A stretch of DNA of 64,000 nucleotides from Narcine bancroftii (GCF_036971445.1 NC_091472.1:81530001-81594000), one strand, 5' to 3'; counted from the first letter of the stretch, positions 35,809 through 48,824 are shown. Notes: generated by a model from the letters alone, not told the origin. Made by a program: numbers and translations.

Positions 35809-37435
35809 TTCTTACACTCAATAAAACACAACAAGAAAGAAACAAAAGGAAAAAAAGAGAGAAAAAAAGAAACCCCCCCAAAAAGAAAAAAAGAAAAAAA
35901 AAACCCTTAATTCCCCTTTGAAATTACAACCAAAACCTAAAAAAAATAAAAAAAGTTATATATAAAAAAATTTTTTATTATTTAAAAAAGATTTTAAAAA
36001 AAGCTTCACTCCCTAACCCAAAAATTAAAAAGAAAAAAAAACAGGTCGGAAGTCACAATTACCTCTTCCTGTTTAAACCGCCTAATGCAGTAACTCCCCC
36101 AAAATATTGGGTGTGATATAACTCACATGCAGCTGATGACTTCTGGAAATTGGTGCCCACCCAGTTCCCTCTCCCAACTCCCATCACTATTTAAAATCTT
36201 CTCAACAAAAATAATAATTTTTTTTAAAGGACGAATTCTTCGCTTCTTTTCCTGGATCCATTTCACGCTGAGTCGTGGCTTTTTGTAAACAAGCAGGCTC
36301 AGATAATTATGGAAAATATAATTTTTTAACAATCTATTGATGTTTCCTTTTACTTTTTTTTAAACAAATGTACCATTAGGTATTAATTCAACACCTCATA
36401 CTATTTATAAACTTTTCTAAAAAGTTTTAACGGGCACTTAAAGACAAAACAATAAATTAGAGTCAGGAGAGGACTGGAAGGCACGTCTGTTCCTTACGCC
36501 ATCTTGCCACGCCCCCCAGGAATTTTGAGTTGATTCCTGCTCCAAGATTTATCCTACAGGACCCCTACAACTTTATAGAGGAAGCCTGTAGTGTAAGTTG
36601 TACCAGAAAAATTCGTTGGGACTACTACTGGGACTGTTGCACTGAGGTACTTGCAGTCTAAAAAGGGGCCCAGTGTGAACGACCACATAGGCAGTAATTA
36701 TGTTAATTTTCTATGCAATTTTTCCTGACATTGCAATGTAAAAACCATAAAAGATGAAAAAAGGCATTTCTGTGGCTTTTTTTCCTCTAGAAATGAGAGG
36801 CAATGACAATGCTGACTCATTCAACAACCATGTCTTTATTGAAACTTTTTCTTGCAGTTCAGGAACTACCCTTGAGAAGGTGATAGTGAGATATTGTTCA
36901 GTAGAAGTGTCTTTGGCAGACTCCGTAATTCATTTTAGTGAGCAATTAAATATCTACCACATTACTTGGGGATGAAGTTTTTTCATCTCTGAAGGGCATC
37001 CATGAGATAGATGTTTAATTGCACAATTTAATACTTTCATGGTAACCAGTGCTAATCATTGCTCTTTAATTCCATATTTATGCAATGAAAACAAAAGCAC
37101 CCAAATTCTTGTGTTGATAGTTGAGGAGGCCGTTAAATATGTCCACTATAACACACAAACAATATGTAACCACGTATTCTGATTTTTTGAACAATATGGG
37201 ACATGAGCTCATGACCATGTTAGCTCATTGAAAGGATAAATATCCAGCTGATGCTAATAGTCATGTACCCAATTTAATGATTTGCATTAAATTACTAATT
37301 GGTATTAGCACAATTGCAAGATGTCAAATCATAGAACATAAAATAATTCAAAAATACAATTCCAAAGTTGCATTTGTCACAAGTGTAACAGAATCACCTG
37401 AGGAAATCATTCCAATTTCCAACTGCTGTCATTCT

Positions 37436-40400
37436 TGTGATGTTTCTTTCATTACAATAAAGGTTTTTTTAACAACTTGATTTTTTAACGAAGCAAACAG
37501 TGCTAAAATAGAACACACACATGCAGACATCATGGGAAGGCATCCATCTTGAATCTACTATAGATGCAACCACATTCACAAGATGCAAACATTCCCCAGA
37601 TGCTACACACTCCATCCCTGACTCCTCTTTGTGGTAGCGCTCTATCACTACATCCCCTTTCCTTGAGATTTTTAATCTAAAATGACTCATAAATATGGTA
37701 TATCTTCAATTTAAAGTTCAACATAAATGTAACATGAACATCAGCAGCACCAACTTTTAAGTATGCAGTTCTTTTTATTTTATAGATTCAGTCTGTCAGG
37801 TGCTTTGACAACTCGTGGATCTTCTTAACACAGGTGTTTGTGTCTGCTCTGCAGGTGCTTGTGTTGGCTCTGTTGGTCCACTACTGCCTAGCACAGGTGG
37901 TGTTTCCTCTGTTTCTGTACAGGCTGAAACTTCAGTATTTATTTCTCCTGCAGTAACTTTGGCATTTTCAGCAGGTTCCTTCAATTCCTCCTCAGTATTT
38001 GACCCTCCTCTGTTCTGACAGGATAGGATCTTGGATTTATTTCTCCCATAACAGTAGCCTTTTTGTCCCAAGTGTTGGAATCTCTGACTCTCACTGTGTC
38101 ATGTTGTGCCAGTGGCCCTAAGCTTCTCGCTGACTTGTCATAGTTTGCTTTATGTCTCCATTTCAGATGTTTTTGTTTCAGTTCAACATCTCATTTCTTG
38201 TTTGGATCTGCAGAGACTACGTCCTATCAGAATCTCAGCAGGTGACATCCCATCTTCAAGTGATGAAGCTCTGTAACTCAATAGAGCTAGATACTGAACT
38301 GAGCCCCTGTCTAGTGCTTTATTGAGCAAATGTTTAACTATGTGAACTCCTTTCTCTTCTTTGCCTTTTGACTCTGGATGCAGGGGACTTGAAGTCACAT
38401 GTCAGAACTCACAATCTTCTGCAAAGTTCTGGAATTCTTTACAACTGTAGCATGGTCCATTGTCGCTGTAGACAATATGAGGAATTCCTTGTCTCGCAAA
38501 GATCAATTTTATATATTGGATCACACAAGCAGCAGACATGCAGCGCAACCTCTGGATAGTTCAATAGATATTCAATAACCAGCAAGTAATCCTTTCTATC
38601 CATGTAGAACATATCTGTCCCAACTTTGTGCCATGGTTTTGCTGGTAGGTCAGTTATTATCATGGGTTCCTTTGACTGCTTTGCGTAATATTTCAAACAG
38701 GTCTCTCAGCTTGAAACAATCCTGTCAATGTCAACATTTATCCCTGGCCACTAAATAGCGTTCTGGTTTTCTTGTCAGTGGGTCTGGGCATCTCTAGAAT
38801 TGCTTTCACCTTGCCCTTATCTGGCTCTACACCTGCCTCTGACAGTTTATCTCCCAGAAAGGTGATTTCCTTCACAGCAAACTGACATTTTTCTTTGTTT
38901 AACTTTAATTCATACTTCTGGATGCATTGTAGCACTTTGATGAGACTTTCATGGTGTTGTTTTTGTGTGGATCCCCACAGGATTGTCATTCATGTACAAG
39001 TGTACTCCATTAATGCCTTCTATGATGCGCTCCACTGTCTTGTGGAACACTTCCAGAGCTGAGGAATTTCCAAAAGGCTCCTCAGACAGGAGTATTGGCC
39101 AAATGGTGTATTAAATGTACAATATTTTGTGCTGTCATTGTACAGTTTTATTTGCCAGAAGCCCTGGGTTTCATCCAGTTTAGTGAAAAACTTTGCACTG
39201 GTGCTGGAACTCACTTTGGGGCATGCATTACTGGCTGTGTATCCTCTTTTAACTATATCTTATAGGTGAATGGTAGAACTCCAAACCCCTTGAAGATGTT
39301 GGGAAATTGATCTAGTATTTCCTCTATGCTGCTCTGTGTATGGTCACTGTTAATGTTGTACACCCTCTAGACTAGGTTTAAGTTTTTACCTGCTTTGTCA
39401 CCAAGCAGTGAATAATGTCCATCTGTGACTACTGTGAACCTGAGGTGCTGCTCTTTATCTTTAACTTTCACTTTGAGTTTACATGTACCTTTCATATGGA
39501 TGCTCTGTCCATTGTAGGCTTTGAGCAGTGCAGGATTTGCCTGGATGTATTGCTTTGTCTTCATTGCCTTGATGCTGCGCTCACAGATCAAATTGACCTT
39601 TGCCCCTGTGTCCAGCTTGAAAGGACTATTTATTCCATTTGTATGTAATGATGCAATCCATTTATCCTACTTGACACTGTTCATTTCCTGCACCACCATA
39701 CCCACAAAAAATGCATCACTGAGAGCTGTGTCTTCCATTGTGTCTTCGATAGTGTGTACACTTTAACTTAAATTTAGTTTCTCTTCAGAAAAACATATTG
39801 CTTTGTATAATGATTCTGCCATTTGCACTTGTTACAGACTTTTCCAAAAGCTGGGCATTGTTTTGGTGCATGTTTAGTGCCACATCGTTTACAATTGAAT
39901 GTCTCTTCATCTTTTTGTTGGTTCCAGTATCGCAATTTTGTTTGTATATATGTGAGTCCAGACACTGTGACTATGACTATGCCTTCATTTTCACTGGCTT
40001 TGACACTATCAACAAACCTTTTCATGTGCTGAAGAGATCATTCACTGGCATGGCACATCTTCACAGTTCCCACCAAGGTAAGCTCTGTCTCTCGCAGCAA
40101 CCTCTCGCTCATTCTCTTATCAGTAATCCCAAACACAATATGATCACGGATCATTGAATCTTGCTGTGATTCAAATTTGTATGTTCTTGATTGTCTGCTA
40201 ACAAAGTATCAAAGCTCTCTCCCTGCAGCTGTGCGCATGAGCAAAACACACACCTCTCGAAGGTTTCTTTTTTTTTTGGTGAACACTGTTCATCAAACAT
40301 CTTGAAAACCTTGTCGAATTTGCTCTGGTCTTCTGACTCGGCAAAAAATACATGTGTTGAAAACCTCCCGCCACGGTAAGTAGCAGTGCAATCTTCCGCA

Positions 40401-40856
40401 TATCCGGTTGGCTATAGATTCCAAACTCTTGCAGGTAAAGCATAAATCTTTGCTTAAGCAGTCTCCACTTGTGGTCAATATTTCCAGTTCAATTTACAGC
40501 GTTAGGAGCTTTTAAACCCTTCATATTTTCTCTGCTGATATCAACTATTACTCCCTATGCACCCTGTGGATTTTTTCTTTCACTTCTGTGCACAGCAGAA
40601 CTTGGCTGTTTCTTCCACTCCTGGTTCCATGTGATGTTTCTTTTATTACAATAAAGAAACTTGGGTTCTTTTTAAAACAACTAGATTTATTAACTAAGCA
40701 AACAGCACTAAAAACAGTACACACACATGCAGACCTCATGGGAAGGCATCCATCTCGAACCTACTAAAGATGCAACAACATCGCAAGATGCATCATTCCC
40801 CAGATACTAAACACTCCATCTCTGACTCCTCTTGGTGGTAGTGCTTTATCACTACA
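37436..40856 (-). mobile_element. Gypsy LTR retrotransposon (Mag-like), decayed and internally deleted
   Basis: LTRs 37436-37652 and 40630-40856; TSD ATTCT/AATCT; PPT at 37653-37664. Gag CKRCGTKHAPKQCPAFGKVCNKC, RT (KLDETQGFWQI, FNTPFG), integrase (PWHKVGTDMF). Confidence 0.94.
40615..40629 (-). promoter_or_regulatory. primer binding site, tRNA-Leu type
   Basis: TGGAACCAGGAGTGG directly after the 5' LTR; 14/15 match to the complement of the vertebrate tRNA-Leu(UAA) 3' end (TGGTACCAGGAGTGG), recalled from memory. Confidence 0.7.
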
Positions 40857-41379
40857 AATCTTAGCAGAAATGATGATGAGCCATTAAGGCCACTGTATAA
40901 TAAAACAAAGGAAGAATCATCTCCTTTCTCTTCTTCCTCCCTCCAACCTGTATATATATCCTTCCCTTCCCCTACCTTATTATTTGGATGTCTGCTTGAT
41001 TATTGAGCTCAGGCCCAAAACATCAACTGCTTATTGATTTCCATGGTTGCAGCGTGACCTGCTGAGTTCCTCCGCCACTTTTGTGTACTGCAACAGAAGA
41101 ATGGATCATGTAGATATTGTTCATGATGGACCTACTTTGCTCGTGTAACATAAGCCAGCATATTTTATACACAACCATTAAGGCCATCTCAGCCTGAAGA
41201 TGCAGCTGTTGATTCCTTGAGAGTGTCACATGACACTCATGATGTACGAGAGTGAGCTACATGACTGAAATATGAAGCAGCATTAAAAAGGTTTGGCCAT
41301 TTGGAGTTTTAGCATTTTGTTGAAGTCCTCAATGTTGCATGTTCAAAATACCTAAAAATTCAACCTCTTCTCTCTGTTT

Positions 41380-41900
41380 GCCTGGACCCGAACCCCCTTT
41401 CTTGGGTCATATATGCTACAGCCCCTTCTCTCACTCTATGTTCCCTTTAACTCCCCCCCCCCACAGATAAAATTTATTGCTTGCATCCCTTCTAAAATCA
41501 AATACTCCTTTAACTCTCTCTCTTATGGGCCATGCAAACCATTAAAATCCCCCCCCCTTCTTTTCCGATTACTTTCACCATCAATTCCCTCTCTCAGACA
41601 GTATAGACTGTTAAACATTTTTTCTCACTCTTTACACAAAATTAACCTACTTAGTGAGATACTGTGTCCCATTAACTCACATTTTCATCTGTATATAGCA
41701 ATAATCTCCTCTTTCCGACAACATTCAAAATTAATCATTTATTCTCATCTGCATGCTCAATTAACTCCCTTCTCAGACTGTATACAAAGTTAAGTCCCTC
41801 TTTTGGAGTGCAGTCACCATTAATTCCCACTATATACCATTAACTTCTTTCCTCATCCCAGATACATCATTAACCCACTCTATCAGATTGGACATAAAAC
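41380..41900. repeat. degenerate minisatellite
   Basis: Recurrent CATTAACTC / TTAACTCCC and CTCAGACTGTATA units at roughly 30-40 bp spacing. Confidence 0.6.
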
Positions 41901-44409
41901 TAATGCACAGTGAGTCTTTGTACACTACTGATGCACAGAGACTCTGTTTTTCATTCTCACTGACTGTATAAAAAATTCCTCTTGGCTAGGAAGGTAAAAA
42001 GCAAAAGTGCAATCACCAATAATTCCATCTAGCTACTACTAACTTTCCCTTGTGGACTATTTGCACAATCCTACTATCTGAGGCTGTGTACAGGGTCCTT
42101 AAGGTTGCTTATTCCATCAGCCTTCTTCACCTGCCTATCATGCCCATTGGCTAGTCTAATCAATTCCCTTGTTAAAGAAAACACATATTTTGTGGCCATC
42201 CGCACCATCTCCTTTACATATCATACTTTGCCTAAAGCCAACAACCACGTCAGCAATCAAGACAGTAAGGATTACTCCCTGTCTGTGCTTTAATGCTCTA
42301 AAATGTGTCTGGCTCTGGTTGAGTTTGCTGTTTATTTTCAGTCAAATTTAGCTTGTTGAAGCAATACACCTGTCAAATTTGTCATTCCAAATCTGACAGC
42401 CTTTTACACAAACTACAAGATGCCGTGGTTCATTATTCCGGTCTCCGCGATATTGACAGTCTTTCACGCATTACTCCAGGACAAAAAGAAATCCCCTCTA
42501 AGCAATAACTAAAGAGAATTTACACATTTTCAGCCTAAATTAGCTGACTAGCTGCAGTATTGCCTGGTATTCAACTGATGTGATGTTGAAGATTGAATGT
42601 CCCTTGAATGGGAGTGACCTGGTAGCCTTCCCCTTCATTCCTCCACTTCTCATTCCTCATTATGGTGAGTTCCTGCCATTACTGGTGCTTAATCTTTTGA
42701 AGTCAGAACTTATTTAAAAAAGGGCAATAATCAAATACAACAGGTGGCCCAATACTTGACCTAGTGATGAAGTAGTTATGTTGTCGACCTCTGGCTTTTT
42801 TGTACCAGCGGAGGTCCCTGGAATTACCCCAGAGGGAGTGATGCTTTGGATTTTGTTTTCAGAGATAAAACAGCCATGTGCATTAAAACAAAAGCAGGAA
42901 ATCCAACAGAATAAATAATATAGCAAGGAATCAATGCAATTCTACATTTTGTTTGTTTTGTTCCTTGAGAGATACTGAGTTGAACCTGATGAAAAATGCA
43001 ACTACACTCAGTTCTTGGCCATCTCTCTCATTTGCAAAAAATCTGCGGATTATCCAAACATTGACAGATTACCTTCAAAGATTCACAAATCAAATGGCTG
43101 GTACAGACAGAGAAAAAAAGTTTTGAATGTTTTATGTATAAAAAAATGTGTTGAAACACCCAAATGCAGTCGGATTGACGAGACTGACAGTAAATAACTC
43201 GTTTCAAATACCATCAGAAATGTGATACAGCAGCAGCTGCTTTGGCTACATGTCATGGGATACACATTCTTTTTCACTGTCCAGCTACACCACATCTGTG
43301 AACACCAATGCACCCATGATGAAGCTGTTAATAAAAAGCTGACACAGTGTAACCACACTGTTCATATCACTGAATTTAAAGCAATGCAGAGGAGCTTAAT
43401 GTTGAAATTCCTGAGCAGGATGATTCAGAAAATTCTTAGTAGATAAAAGAAGAGGAAATTCTTCTTTTATATAAATAAATTTTTCATTTACAAAATAAAA
43501 ATGCTGTTAGCTTTGTCGGAGAGATTGAGAATAGATCTGAACTGTGCTAAACCTTGACCTTCAGGGTGAGTATGCTAATTAAACCAAACACCAAGCTGTG
43601 GTTGAAGCTCGCAGATGAGTTCAATCAGTGGTTTTATACCATCAACAAGAATGATTCGTTACCATATTATTATTATTACCATCATCGTTACTTGTTCTCT
43701 AGTCTCCCCATCCCAAAGGATATCTCTCCTTTCATTTCAAGACCTAATAAAGTATTTCCTTGACTTGACTACAGTCAAATCTTGATATGAGCAACTGGAA
43801 CGTGCCAGAAAAATAAAATCACGATAATTTGAAGTTGCTCCAGTCAGTAAAGTAGGCTTTTTATTACATAGATCTTCTAAAAGAGATTTATTAAGTGCTG
43901 CTAAGATAAGACTTAGTAATGCAGTATCATTTGAACAGCAATTTCAGACTAAGGAAATAAAATATAACTGACTTTGAGATGTCCTTGAAATTGCATCTCA
44001 CTGGTAAAATGGGTACTGCAGTATTGGCCTCCACAACTTTCATTTGGGCCCACAGGGAATGAATTGTTCATGTGCATAGCATTATCCTTAGTACAAGTGT
44101 CATTTTGGAAGTCACATGCAAAGCACAAACTTAATTGTGCAAGCTTACCTCCTCCCTCCTCCCATGCCACCCCCCCTCCCCGCCCCACACCCCCCTCCCT
44201 GGAGCTTTTACTACACTGGTTCTGAAGTAGAATAACAGCTGGAAATTATGGGGTATGTGCAGGTTAAATGTGAAGAGTACCAGGAAAGACAAAGGAGTTG
44301 ACATCCTGTCCTTCTGGCTCTCAGCTGGACAATGCCATGGCAGAAGTAGATACCAGCAGGGAGATTGAGGAGACTGACGGGCTTGCCTTAAAAAAGTTAA
44401 AGGATGTCA

Positions 44410-44747
44410 AACAAGAAAGTCTGCAGATACTGGAATTGAGTGCAATACACAAATATGCTGGAGAAACTCATGCAACATCCATTGACATAGAAATAGACAA
44501 GTATCTCATTAGTGAAGGCATCAAGGGATATGGGGAAAAGGCCATAAATTGGAACTAGTGTTGAGTAGCTTAGTGATGGTTTACGCAACAGACACGATGG
44601 GCCTAGTGGGCTGCTTCTGTTCCTTTGTCTTGTGATCTTTTTGGACACTGCTGACGACAGACTCAGGCCTGAAATGTTGGTTATCTTTTATTTCCTATGG
44701 ATGCTGCGTGATCTGCTGAGTTTCTCCAGCACATTTGTGCATTGCAG
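44410..44747. mobile_element. palindromic Penelope-derived repeat with a CR1 3' end inserted (about 44483-44640)
   Basis: TGCAATACACAAATATGCTGGAGAAACTCA on the left pairs with TGAGTTTCTCCAGCACATTTGTGCATTGCA on the right. The middle is a CR1 tail (ATCAAGGGATATGGGGAAAAGG...CTTCTGTTCCT). Confidence 0.65.
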
Positions 44748-45089
44748 AGAATTTTTTTAAAAGCCTTGCTTAGAACCTGCTTAGGAACTTAAATTGAATT
44801 GAATTTCCTGTCTGCCAAAACCTCTGTTGTCACAGGCTTGGAAGCTGGCAGTTCAAGGCTCCTTTATGTACAGTGAAGTATCAGTCATCCTCTCCAATAA
44901 ACTGTACATTCCATTCGAGAAGCATGTAGGTAAAATTTTTGCCCATCATAAAAATTGGGGCAATAATATGTAAGAAAATAATTAGTTTGCCAAGTATCCA
45001 TATAGCTTACATGCAATTTATTGGTATACCTCCAAGATTGGGAACATAGCGGTTAACTCAAAATAAATTGAAACAGCAAGCCCAAAGAC

Positions 45090-45720
45090 TATAGGTAAGA
45101 TGAAGTTGACAGGTTTTAGCATAAACAAAAGTTTTTACTCCATGGAAAATTATCTAATTGGGGAAGGAGAGCAGAAGGGTCAAGGGATGCACAAATCACT
45201 AAAAAAATGATGGAAGCTGGTGGCAAATTAAAGACCAAGACAGTACAGCTCTTTTTTCTTGAATGACTGAGCTGAAAAGTTTTGATAAATGTGTACAACA
45301 TCTTGCTTCAGCTACAGATTGGCTACTTTGAACAGAATCTAGAGGTATTGGAAAAGTCCCATAAAAGATTTACTAATAGGAAGCCAGAATAGAGAAGGTA
45401 TACTTACCATGAAAGATTAAACAAGCTGAGCTCTTTTCACCTGAATGGAGAACACTCAGCATGACCTGACATAGATCTTTAAGATTACTGAAGTATTTGA
45501 CAGAGCAGATGAACAGAAGGTGCCCCAAGGCAAGAGCAAGACATGGCATCATAAATATAAAATATTCATTCACGTTTAATAAGGAGTTCAGGAGAAACTT
45601 CCTTAGCTAGAGGGTGGCTGAAATGTGGACCTCCCCACTGTTTCGAGCCATTGAGATGAAAAGCATTGATTCACTTAAGTGTGACCTAAATAAATACACC
45701 AGATTGAAGGATATAGAAGA
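45090..45720 (+). mobile_element. old CR1 LINE 3' fragment
   Basis: Degenerate CR1 C-terminal coding sequence (GAGCTCTTTTCACCTGAATGGAGAACACTCAG...TTCAGGAGAAACTTCCTTAGCTAGAGGGTGG). Confidence 0.6.
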
Positions 45721-46169
45721 AAACAAATAAAGTGAAGATTGTGGAAATATGAAATAAAAACAGAAAATGCTAGAACTGCTCAGTAAAGGATGCGTTGATG
45801 GCTTAGATTAAGTTGGACGCAAGGGATTCACTGATATGGGCACTTATTGTACTTTGTATGAGAGCTCTACAACAAACTTCAGCCATGAGTCAAGGTGATA
45901 TTTCACAAATGTTCTCCCTTTGATGTAGGGAAACATTGATTGGTCATCTATAGAAAGCCAATGAATGTCAATTATCCAGTTTCTCTCAGATTTCTGTGGA
46001 TTTCCGCTAAAGTTATAAAAATTAAGAAACTGTAATGCTGTCAATATAATGAAGAGTTTGGAACCGAAAGCATTAACTGTTTCCCTTCCTGTTGCTGCTG
46101 GAACTAATGAGTGTCTCTAGAGAAGCTTGAGTAAAAGTAGCTAATTGGAAGAACCAGTAGCACCAGCCA

Positions 46170-46535
46170 TTGGTAAGTGGATAACAATGAGTCTGAATAT
46201 TCTCAGAATAGCCCAGGCTGAACACTCTAACACAGCAATAAAGGCGTGTCATGCTATTAAAGGGATTGTCTTTCAGATGGGATTTTAAAATGAAACATTG
46301 CCTTCTTTCTGGATGGGGAGAATAGAAACAATAACACTAGTTTTTTTTAAAGCAGAGTGTTTTTCTAGTGTCCTGGCCAATATTTACCCCTCAGACAATA
46401 TTCAAAATCACAATGCCCTGCTTGTGGGAGATAGCTATTTGCGTTAAAGGCTGCATTTCCTGCATTACATCAAAGACTACCAGAATTATTGGCTGTAAAG
46501 TGTGTTGGGAAGATTTGAAAGGAATGTAAAAAGCA
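46170..46535 (+). mobile_element. Deu-domain SINE (SacSINE1/AmnSINE-like), old
   Basis: TGTCTTTCAGATG...GTGTCCTGGCCAATATTTACCCCTCA...TTGTGGGAG...TTTCCTGCATTACA...ATTGGCTGTAAAG. Weaker copies at about 47985-48245 and 52490-52725. Confidence 0.7.
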
Positions 46536-47679
46536 CTGGAGAAATGAAAGTAATTGGTCTGGAAATGATCATAGAAATGGGGATGTGTGGGGCAATGAAT
46601 CTTTGGAAACAAGGAGAATTATTTTTAAGTTTCAAAGGAGAGGGAAAGATCAATTGCTACATTATCTACCAGCCTCTTCCCTCTGTCAAAACAGAAATGG
46701 AATCATATGATTGCTTAATTACATTTTGAAAAGCAACATTTGGCAAAGGTGGAACAAAAATCCACACATTTATGTAGAATTTATCCATCATTAGGATTTT
46801 TAAACGGACAGGGTAAGAATTTTATCGCTGCCTCTGCAGAAACCAGACAGATAGACAATTAAGGACAAAGTAAAGATGATTTCTGGTGAGATTCTCTCAT
46901 AAGATTGCTATTGTTAGTGTTTCTTTGCTACTTGAAATTTTAAATATTACTACATTTTAAACATTGATTGAATGAGGTAGCTAAAGATAGTGACAGCAAA
47001 AAATAAATATTTTTGTGGGGGAGAAAAGGCATTCCTCTTCTTTCAGTAATTCATAAATTGCCCAGGGCAGTGCCTATGGTCAGTTGATTAATGCAATTTT
47101 AATTTAATCCACAAGACATCCATAGGATTGGGAGAGAATGTTCAAAAACTAGCTTCATGCACTCCCCACAGCCTGTGGCTGAAATGTAATAATTGACAAA
47201 GCAATATTAAATGGGAAATATTGACAGGAATATCTGACCATAAAATGGTGGCAAGTGGTAGTAAGGTTTGGAGACAGGAAGTGTGTGCCCCAGGCAGAAT
47301 TTTTTATAATTTATATGGCAATAAACCAAGTCAGTTTTGGCAGAGGAATTCAAATTAAAGTATGTTTCCATCTGAGAATCCATGTGCTACAGGGAAAACT
47401 GCTCAAATGCCAGAAAGAAAAACATTCAGTTAATCTTGTATTGTTATAAAAAAAAACTACTACTCCATTTCAGGGGTCCTGACTACACATTTAGACAATT
47501 ACCCATACAGAATGCCAACAGAAAGTCAGATTTGAAGAGACAAACATTGACTAGATGATTGTATAAAGTACTGTTACCAGCATTAATACTGCTCTTTATT
47601 TAATTATATTCAGGTTGATTTAATTGTAAATTAGAAACTCAACACCAAGGAAGCTCAATCCCTTTAATTTTAATTTAAA

Positions 47680-47910
47680 TAGAGATAACAGCGTACTAAT
47701 AGGCCCTTCCAGCCCACGATCTTACGTTGAGAAAATATACCCTTGTGATCAATTAACCTACTAACCTTGCACGTCTTTGAAAAGTGGGAGGAAGCCAGAG
47801 GATCTGGATGAAACCCACGCAGTCACAGGAAGAATGTACAAGCTCCTTACGGACAGCGTCAGAATCGAACCCAGGTTATTGACACTGTAATAGGGTTGTG
47901 CTAACGGTTG
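47680..47910 (-). mobile_element. tRNA-derived V-SINE/HE1-like SINE
   Basis: Minus strand has a B-box (GGTTCGATTC), the core AGCTTGTACATTCTTCCTGTGACTGCGTGGGTTT, and a CR1-like tail (GGGCTGGAAGGGCCT). Confidence 0.85.
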
Positions 47911-48637
47911 AGTACCCTCAACTTGTATCTGTGCTCTAACATTGTAATGTGATGTTATCCACGGTTAGTGGTGGCATCTCAGAGTCAGCACTGAGCACAG
48001 AAATCTGAGCCAAATCATCAAACTGATAAGTTGTTACTCTGTTGGAGGGGTGCCTTTTGGATGACACCCATTCCACTCTTTTTTTTTGTACATAGAAAAG
48101 TCATTATTTTAGTAAGATCATGGGATATCTAAGATGTTAAGGCTGATGTCTATTATATAATTACCATCACAAGAGTTACTGCATGACTATAGAAGGTTGC
48201 CCTGTGAAAATATCTGCCGCACTTCCTTCACAATAACAGTCACATCTCATTAGAGGTATTCCAAGCACCTGAAACCCTGAATCCAAAGCAAATTTTGCAC
48301 TTAATGCACATGTAAACCAGTGGCTGATCCCTCTCGTGTAATTAGAAAAATTGTGACAAAAACAAATATGAGAATGAATGGATAATGATGAAGATTGGAT
48401 TTTCAGCTGAGATTTTCAGCCTGTCAACATGCTAAATGTGGTCTACTGCTTACTTCCACAATTTGATCCTACTGTGACATTGCAGTTAAGATTTATAACA
48501 TAATATGAAAAGACTAGTGTCCTGTCAAAGACCAGTTAGTGAGCAATCTCTGGTGTACAATTGAGTAGAAGAGTGCCAGGCTTCCCATCATTAAATCATA
48601 GAGGTAACACTTTGCACTTCATTGCTTGCGGTAAACA

Positions 48638-48824
48638 AATTCTCTCACCGTTCCAGCCAGAAATGTCATCCATTTTACCAGAGTGAGGCCAATATAAACT
48701 TGGGGAACAAAACATCAAATTTTTCCTGGACAGCTTGAGCCCAATTGTATGAACATCAATTTTCCAAATTTAATGAACTCCCACTTCCATTTCTTTCTTA
48801 CCTACTTGGGTGGTTGAAGTAAAA
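48638..48824 (+). repeat. 187-bp direct repeat, copy 1 (copy 2 at 50984-51170)
   Basis: The two copies align without gaps at high identity. The core is Penelope GIY-YIG tail sequence. Confidence 0.92.

Larger units (their letters stand above)
33055..36517 (-). mobile_element. L1 with both ends intact but ORF1 and RT deleted (non-autonomous)
   Basis: 14-bp TSD AGGAATTTTGAGTT (33041-33054, 36518-36531); 5' GGGGGGCGTGGCAAGATGGCG; AATAAA and A-tail; total length only 3.46 kb. Confidence 0.93.

Noticed and set aside
41380-41900. Spaced short repeats superficially like a CRISPR array, and a 126-aa ORF
   Set aside because: The units are degenerate with irregular, non-unique spacers in a vertebrate context with no cas genes. 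It is a decayed minisatellite.
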